This document shows positions 53,640-64,000 of a DNA stretch of 64,000 nucleotides, one piece after another (positions within the stretch are counted from its first letter, which is position 1; each line of letters starts with the position of its first letter). Under the pieces are notes generated by a model. It did not search any database. It had not been told where the DNA came from and saw nothing but the letters and a program-made list of their open reading frames with translations. The position numbers and the translations under genes are program-made. This stretch comes from the human T2T-CHM13v2.0 reference genome, Homo sapiens, in NCBI RefSeq assembly GCF_009914755.1, contig NC_060926.1; one strand, written 5' to 3'.

Positions 53640-54480
53640 CAATCTAAAATCAGGTTTTATCACTTAACCATATATCTTGAAGATTATGCCTTACTAGTAT
53701 AGAGCTTATCATTCTTTTGAAAAGAAATGTTATTTTCCATTGAGTAGGTACGGCCTTGTTTATTTAAGCAATGCCTTATTGAATTACTTATAAGGTATTT
53801 AATTATTTTTTAATACATCAATCTATATACTTTATACATATGTGATAACATATATCTAATAAAATTTAAGATATCAAATTATCAGGTCAAAAGAGTAGGA
53901 GCGTTTTATCTTTAGTGTCTAATTTTCAATTGCTTTTTATAAATGCTAAGCTGGTTTGCAATTCTACCAGCAATGTGGAAGAGAGCACACATCTTTCCAC
54001 ATTCTTAATGATCCAATTATTCCTAATCCTAGAGGCAGAAATCAAAAATCATAATTCATGATTTCAATAGTTTTCTTATTTTTAATTAAATTAAGCATCC
54101 TTTAGAGCATTTGTACTCTGTTTATTGTCTCATCTTTTGGCCATTTTTTCAGTCGGATTATTGGTATTTTTATTACTGAATTGTAGAATCCATTTAATCA
54201 TTTAAAAAATGTGCTTTATGATAGCAACGAATTTCATGATTTGTCCATTTCCTTGGAACCATGACACTTTTAAAATATTGATCAAATTATAAATTTTAAT
54301 TGTTCTACTTATAGTAATACTTGGAAACATTTCTCATTCTGAAACCATAAGAAAATATCTTCATGTTTTTTGGTGCTTATATAGTTTTAGATTTTACATT
54401 TAAATATTTGATTCGAAAACAGTTTATTATGGCATAAACTGTGAGTAAATGATTTAACTAATCTTTTGTTAAAACCACAA
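53640..54480 (-). mobile_element. Ancient L1ME-like fragment
   Basis: AT-rich with tttgcaattctaccagcaatgtggaagag and gattttacatttaaatatttgattc remnants. Confidence 0.5.
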
Positions 54481-54764
54481 CCATATTCTTTGCTGCAGAT
54501 GACAGGGCTTGTTAATACCATGCTTTTTCTCTAAGTTCGAAATCCAACTCTGAAGTATTCAGGGCCAGGGTTTATTTTTCTTGTCCCCGCCATGCTAACA
54601 TTTGTGTTATTCAACTGCATAAAGCACTGATAATTAAAGAGAAACCTTTTGAAAACTAAAGGAATTTATTTTGCTATTTACTAATTTTTATAAGTTATTT
54701 AGTTGAATAGGATTGTTTCTAAGTTTTAGGTAAAAATTAAAAAATAAATAAATAAAATAAAATA

Positions 54765-55672
54765 GGGGGGAGGAGCCAAGATGGCCGAATAGGAACAGCT
54801 CCAGTCTGCAGCTCCCAGCGTGAGCCACGCAGAAGACGGGTGATTTCTGCATTTCCATCTGAGGTACCGGGTTCATCTCACTAGGGAGTGCCAGACAGTG
54901 GGCGCAGGTCAGTGGGTGCGCGCACCGTGCGCGAGCTGAAGCAGGGTGAGGCATTGCCTCACTGGGGAAGTGCAAGGGGTCAGGGAGTTCCCTTTCCTAG
55001 TCAAAGAAAGGGGTGACAGACTGCACCTGGAAAATCGGGTCACTCCCACCCGAATATTGCGCTTTTCCGACGGGCTTAAAAAAAGGCGCACCACGAGATT
55101 ATATCCCGCACCTGGCTCGGAGGGTCCTACGCCCACGGAGTCTCACTGATTGCTAGCACAGCAGTCTGAGATCAAACTGCAAGGCGGCAGCGAGGCTGGG
55201 GGAGGGGCGCCCGCCATTGCCCAGGCTTGCTTAGGTAAACAAAGCAGCCCGGAAGCTCAAACTGGGTGGAGCCCACCACAGCTCAAGGAGGCCTGCCTGC
55301 CTCTGTAGGCTCCACCTCTGGGGGCAGGGCACAGACAAACAAAAAGACAGCAGTAACCTCTGCAGACTTAAATGTCCCTGTCTGACAGCTTTGAAGAGAG
55401 CAGTGGTTCTCCCAGTACGCAGCTGGAGATCTGAGAACGGGCAGACTGCCTCCTCAAGTGGGTCCCTGACCCCTGACCCCCGAGCAGCCTAACTGGGAGG
55501 CACCCGCCAGCAGGAGCACACTGACACCTCACACGGCAGGGTATTCCAACAGACCTGCAGCTGAGGGTCCTGTCTGTTAGAAGGAAAACTAACAAACAGA
55601 AAGGACATCCACACCAAAAACCCATCTCTACATCACCATCATCAAAGACCAAAAGTAGATAAAACCACAAAG
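54765..55672. promoter_or_regulatory. L1 5' UTR: internal sense promoter (YY1 site) and antisense promoter, CpG-rich
   Basis: Intact caagatggccg YY1 motif near the 5' end; many retained CpGs; bidirectional activity is established for primate L1 5' UTRs. Confidence 0.85.
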
Positions 55673-56689
55673 ATGGGGAAAAAACAGAACAGAAAAACTG
55701 GAAACTCTAAAAAGCAGAGCGCCTCTCCTCCTCCAAAGGAACGCAGTTCCTCACCAGCAATGGAACAAAGCTGGACGGAGAATGACTTTGACGAGCTGAG
55801 AGAAGAAGGCTTCAGACGATCAAATTACTCTGAGCTACGGGAGGACATTCAAACCAACGGCAAAGAAGTTGAAAACTTTGAAAAAAATTTAGAAGAATAT
55901 ATAACTAGAATAACCAATACAGAGAAGTGCTTAAAGGAGCTGATGGAGCTGAAAACCAAGGCTCGAGAACTACGTGAAGAATGCAGAAGCCTCAGGAGCC
56001 GATGCGATCAACTGGAAGAAAGGGTATCAGCAATGGAAGATGAAATGAATGAAATGAAGCGAGAAGGGAAGTTTAGAGAAAAAAGAATAAAAAGAAACGA
56101 GCAAAGCCTCCAAGAAATATGGGACTATGTGAAAAGACCAAATCTACGTCTGATTGGTGTACCTGAAAGTGACGGGGAGAATGGAACCAAGTTGGAAAAC
56201 ACTCTTCAGGATATTATCCAGGAGAACTTCCCCAATCTAGCAAGGCAGGCCAACATTCAGATTCAGGAAATACAGAGAACGCCACAAAGATTCTCCTCGA
56301 GAAGAGCAACTCCAAGACACATAATTGTCGGATTCACCAAAGTTGAAATGAAGGAAAAAATGTTAAGGGCAGCCAGAGAGAAAGGTCGGGTTACCCTCAA
56401 AGGGAAGCCCATCAGACTAACAGCGGACCTCTCAGCAGAAACCCTACAAGCCAGAAGAGAGTGGGGGCCAATATTCAACATTCTTAAAGAAAAGAATTTT
56501 CAACCCAGAATTTCATATCCAGCCAAACTAAGCTTCATAAGTGAAGGAGAAATAAAATACTTTACAGACAAGCAAATGCTGAGAGATTTTGTCACCACCA
56601 GGCCTGCCCTAAAAGAGCTCCTGAAGGAAGCGCTAAACATGGAAAGGAACAACCGGTACCAGCCGCCGCAAAATCATGCCAAAATGTAA
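55673..56689 (+). CDS. LINE-1 ORF1p (RNA-binding chaperone), open full length, 338 aa
   Basis: MGKKQNRKTGNSK...; coiled coil; REKG, ARR and YPAKLS motifs intact; G at residue 220 where the consensus has R. Confidence 0.95.
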   Translation: MGKKQNRKTGNSKKQSASPPPKERSSSPAMEQSWTENDFDELREEGFRRSNYSELREDIQTNGKEVENFEKNLEEYITRITNTEKCLKELMELKTKARELREECRSLRSRCDQLEERVSAMEDEMNEMKREGKFREKRIKRNEQSLQEIWDYVKRPNLRLIGVPESDGENGTKLENTLQDIIQENFPNLARQANIQIQEIQRTPQRFSSRRATPRHIIVGFTKVEMKEKMLRAAREKGRVTLKGKPIRLTADLSAETLQARREWGPIFNILKEKNFQPRISYPAKLSFISEGEIKYFTDKQMLRDFVTTRPALKELLKEALNMERNNRYQPPQNHAKM

Positions 56690-56737
56690 AGACCATCGAG
56701 ACTAGGAAGAAACTGCATCAACTAACGAGCAAAATAA

Positions 56738-60572
<3,835 letters not shown>

Positions 60573-61039
60573 ACAATGAGATCACATGGACACAGGAAGG
60601 GGAACATCACACTCTGGGGACTGTTGTGGGGTGGGGGGAGGGGGGAGTGATAGCTTTGGGAGATATACCTAATGCTAGATGACGAGTTAGTGGGTGCAGC
60701 GCACCAGCATGGCACATGTATACATATGTAACTAACCTGCACAATGTGCACATGTACCCTAAAACTTAAAGTATAATAATAAAAGAAAAAAAAAAAATAA
60801 AATAAAATAAAATAAAGTGAAAATGCTTTGGTCCCTAACCCTCATTTTCCATGGAAAGGATCACTGCTCCTTGGAAAAATGGCTGGTTCTATTTCTGGTG
60901 AAGACAGGCACAAAGTGAGCCACAGCATCATGTTACGCCAGGAGAAAACAACAAAACAAAACAAAACAAAAAACCCCTCGGAGACAACTCTTGCTTCAAA
61001 GCCACAGGATGTGTGTGAGAATAGTCACAGCAGCAGACG

Positions 61040-61440
61040 AGGAAACTAGGAAGTCCCACGAGGAGTAAAATGAACAACAGTGTTACCCATTCTCACAAGG
61101 GATGATGGAGAGCCACAGGGATGGCCCGTGAGATGCTCCACACATCAGTGCAGGTTAATTTTACACACATGATGTTGAGCAGGGAAGCCAGACTTAAGAC
61201 TGAACACTGTATGGTCCCATTTGCATAAACAACAAAACAGACAGAACTAACCTGTGTGTTCCACAGCTGGGAACTGGCTGTGCTGGTGGATGGACGGCAG
61301 GAGCAGCAGGAAGGATATTCTCGCTGTGGGCCCCACTCCTGGCCCACAAATGTGCTCAGTTTGCAAAAATCCATGGAGCTGGAAACTTGCGATGCCTTCC
61401 CCTTTCTGTGTGATGTTTTCTGTCATCAAAACTTTCTCGA
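61040..61440 (+). mobile_element. Ancient L1ME-like 3' UTR fragment
   Basis: atgatgttgagcagggaagccagac...actgtatggtcccatttgcataaac. Confidence 0.5.
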
Positions 61441-61890
61441 GAACACGCAGGATAGAACATGAACAGCTTCCCCTGGAAAAGAATGGGACTGTTTTAACAT
61501 CAAGAATAATGATAACCTTGAGGGACTCTAAACACATCTATAGTTTAAATCCCATGAATTATTAATCATTCTCAACAACACCTAAAATCAAAGGAATCCG
61601 TGATCACTTTTGGGAAATAACAGAGGAAAAAACCTCATAATTTTGAAAATGGAGAGAAGGGAAAAGCATTGATCCTGCCTTTCGTATAAAAACTGTACCT
61701 CAGGGCGAGGAAAGAGTCAACAAGGGGAAGTTTCTCTTCATAGAAATATTTCAGCTAATAAATAAGAAAAGATGGTAACATTAAAATATTACAAATTTGC
61801 TACCCATGATGCATTAATATACCTATGTGGTGATTATCAAGGCTGCTTACATTAAAACATGAGACACACTAGATACTGTATTGTTCCACA

Positions 61891-62859
61891 GTGGGGAGGT
61901 CCAGGTGCAACTGCCCTCAAAGTCCAAGGAAGCTGAGAGGCCAGAGAAAGAGGCCAGAAAACCTTGTTTTTCAGAAAGAAACATTTAGTAGGAACTTAGG
62001 GACAGAAGCTGTGTCTACAGCCAGACAAGATGGTGGATCCCCACCCATAACCTCCAGGCCCAGGGCCTCTGAGCCATGGTGAAGGGGTGGTTCAGAAGGC
62101 ATGGGTGGGACAACTGAAGTACAGCAACATCAAGGTTGTCTGGACCCAAGGGCACGATTTATGGTAGATACTTACTCACACACAAGGAAAAGAGTGTTAC
62201 CAGCCACGGGTTCTTACGCTCCCATGCAACAGAGAGGTCACGGGGCCATGCATGTTCCCCAGAGGAGGCTTTGTCAGGAGTCTGTGCTTGAATACGAGGG
62301 GACAGCACTGGAGAGAGAGGTCTCGGGCTGGCTCCCCGAGGGCAGGTCTTTTCGGTGTGTTAGGAAGGATGTCAGAGATAAGCATGAAGCATGCGAACAT
62401 CATTACATGTGTGGGACAGAGCTCGGGGTGCATGGGCACAGTGAAAAATCAGGCTGATACATACATCGTGCATAATAAATAACACCTATGCCCCTCCTGG
62501 GTGGGGATTTTACCATTCTAATGAGGCAAGAGGTAAAGCTCAGCCGTTCTTCTGGTCTTGTGCACATGCCAGTGATAGAGGTGACTCCCGTGAGTAAGGT
62601 TTCCAGTGGAACCCTTGTTAGCTTGGTTTCTCCAGGGTCTATGGAGACAGTGGGGGTGGTGGGGCGAGCTCAGGTGCTTAGCTGATGTGCATGGGAAGAC
62701 ACATCAGTGGGAATGGGCCAAGTTCCTATGGGGGCCAAGTCCTGTCCTTATGCTGTCTCAAGATAAACTGGAAATCTTAGAGGACTTCCTGGAACTGGAG
62801 TTAATCGAAAGTCAACATGGCAGGTTGTTATCCAAGGTGAAGCTGCTTCAGCCTCCACG
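61891..62859 (-). mobile_element. MER4-group ERV1 solo LTR (MER49/MER72-like)
   Basis: The minus strand starts gtggaggctgaagcagcttcaccttgga...ccatgttgactt...ctctaagatttccagtttatct; family assignment is from recall. Confidence 0.65.
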
Positions 62860-63127
62860 TCTGCCCTTCTTGACAGTTGTACACAAGATCACGATAAATA
62901 CTCTTGCCAAAAACATCAACCATGAATACGGTTAAGCATCTTGATCTATCCATTTACTGGAAGTATGGGGAACAGAAAAAAAAAGTACTTAAAAAAATGA
63001 GAACTATGATCGCTAAACTAGCTAATAGGACATCCATATAACAAAAAATCCAGTTTCTTCAACAACAGCAAAAAAAAAAAAAAAAAAATGTAAGGGGAAA
63101 AAAAAGAAATGAAGGAGGAATACCTAG

Positions 63128-63496
<369 letters not shown>

Positions 63497-64000
63497 TTAA
63501 AATGTATTTTAAATTCATTAGAATGATTATAGAAATGTGAGGAGTGCTTGAATATTTGATGATATTAAGAGATTACTGTGGATTAATTTCAAGTTTGATA
63601 ATAAATTGTCACTATGTTTAAAGGTGTTGGTGTGTCTTTTGAATATACATGTAGAAATATTTAGAAATATGTGCAGAAATATACATTGGAATTACTAGCA
63701 CAATGGAATAAGGAAACATACAAGGATATTCACTGGCACATAATTTGATCAGGTGAAAAGGTAGAAAAAATATAAGTATCCAGATAGTACAAAATGGACA
63801 AAAGAATTGGTACAGCGATAGAAAGAAGGCTAGACCTAGGCCAAGGTATTGAATGAGGTCATCTTGGGCAAGGGGAGAGGGTGAGAAGCAGAGGAAATGA
63901 GATGGGCTCTGAGCTGATCAATGCTCAAGGCAGGTCATGGGTAAATTAGAGTTAATTATGCCATAATCTCCCCTAGGTATGTATTTGAAATTTTCCACAA

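Larger units (their letters stand above)
43330..55300 (-). ncRNA. LINC01558: Putative spliced lncRNA assembled from TE parts; possibly LINC01558 (C6orf123/HGC6.2, 6q27)
   Basis: Seen: co-oriented minus-strand promoter candidates, strong splice sites and a THE1 ATTAAA. The name rests only on my unverified recall that the peptide SFPCPGCHQRGGRSHRSALVSAGLKWGF (ORF 43831..44169) belongs to the old C6orf123 annotation. Both ends are inferred. Confidence 0.35.

Overview
This looks like primate, most likely human, non-coding genomic DNA that is repeat-rich and VNTR-rich with a subtelomere-like character. No conventional host protein-coding gene, rRNA, tRNA or CRISPR array is supported. The main contents are: (1) a full-length ~6.05 kb young L1 (L1PA2-like, 54765-60814, + strand) with an intact 338-aa ORF1 and an ORF2 broken by two frameshifts, an RT active-site change and a late stop; (2) a near full-length Hsmar1 mariner transposon (46606-47867, - strand); (3) a 5'-inverted (twin-primed) L1 and a very short L1 with an interrupted tail; (4) many solo LTRs (MaLR THE1/MST/MLT1, MER52, MER57, LTR1 and others), Alus, L2/MIR and old L1M fragments; (5) at least nine local tandem repeats. 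The most interesting hypothesis is a minus-strand spliced lncRNA built largely from transposon parts. It would run from the L1 antisense promoter and/or an LTR1 promoter, through strong splice sites at about 52.1 kb and 49.7-50.4 kb, to a last exon ending at a THE1 LTR polyA signal at about 43.35 kb. From unverified recall of a peptide, this may be the 6q27 LINC01558/C6orf123 locus. Repeat family names come from recalled consensus sequences, not from a search. I did not find a convincingly new enzymatic system.
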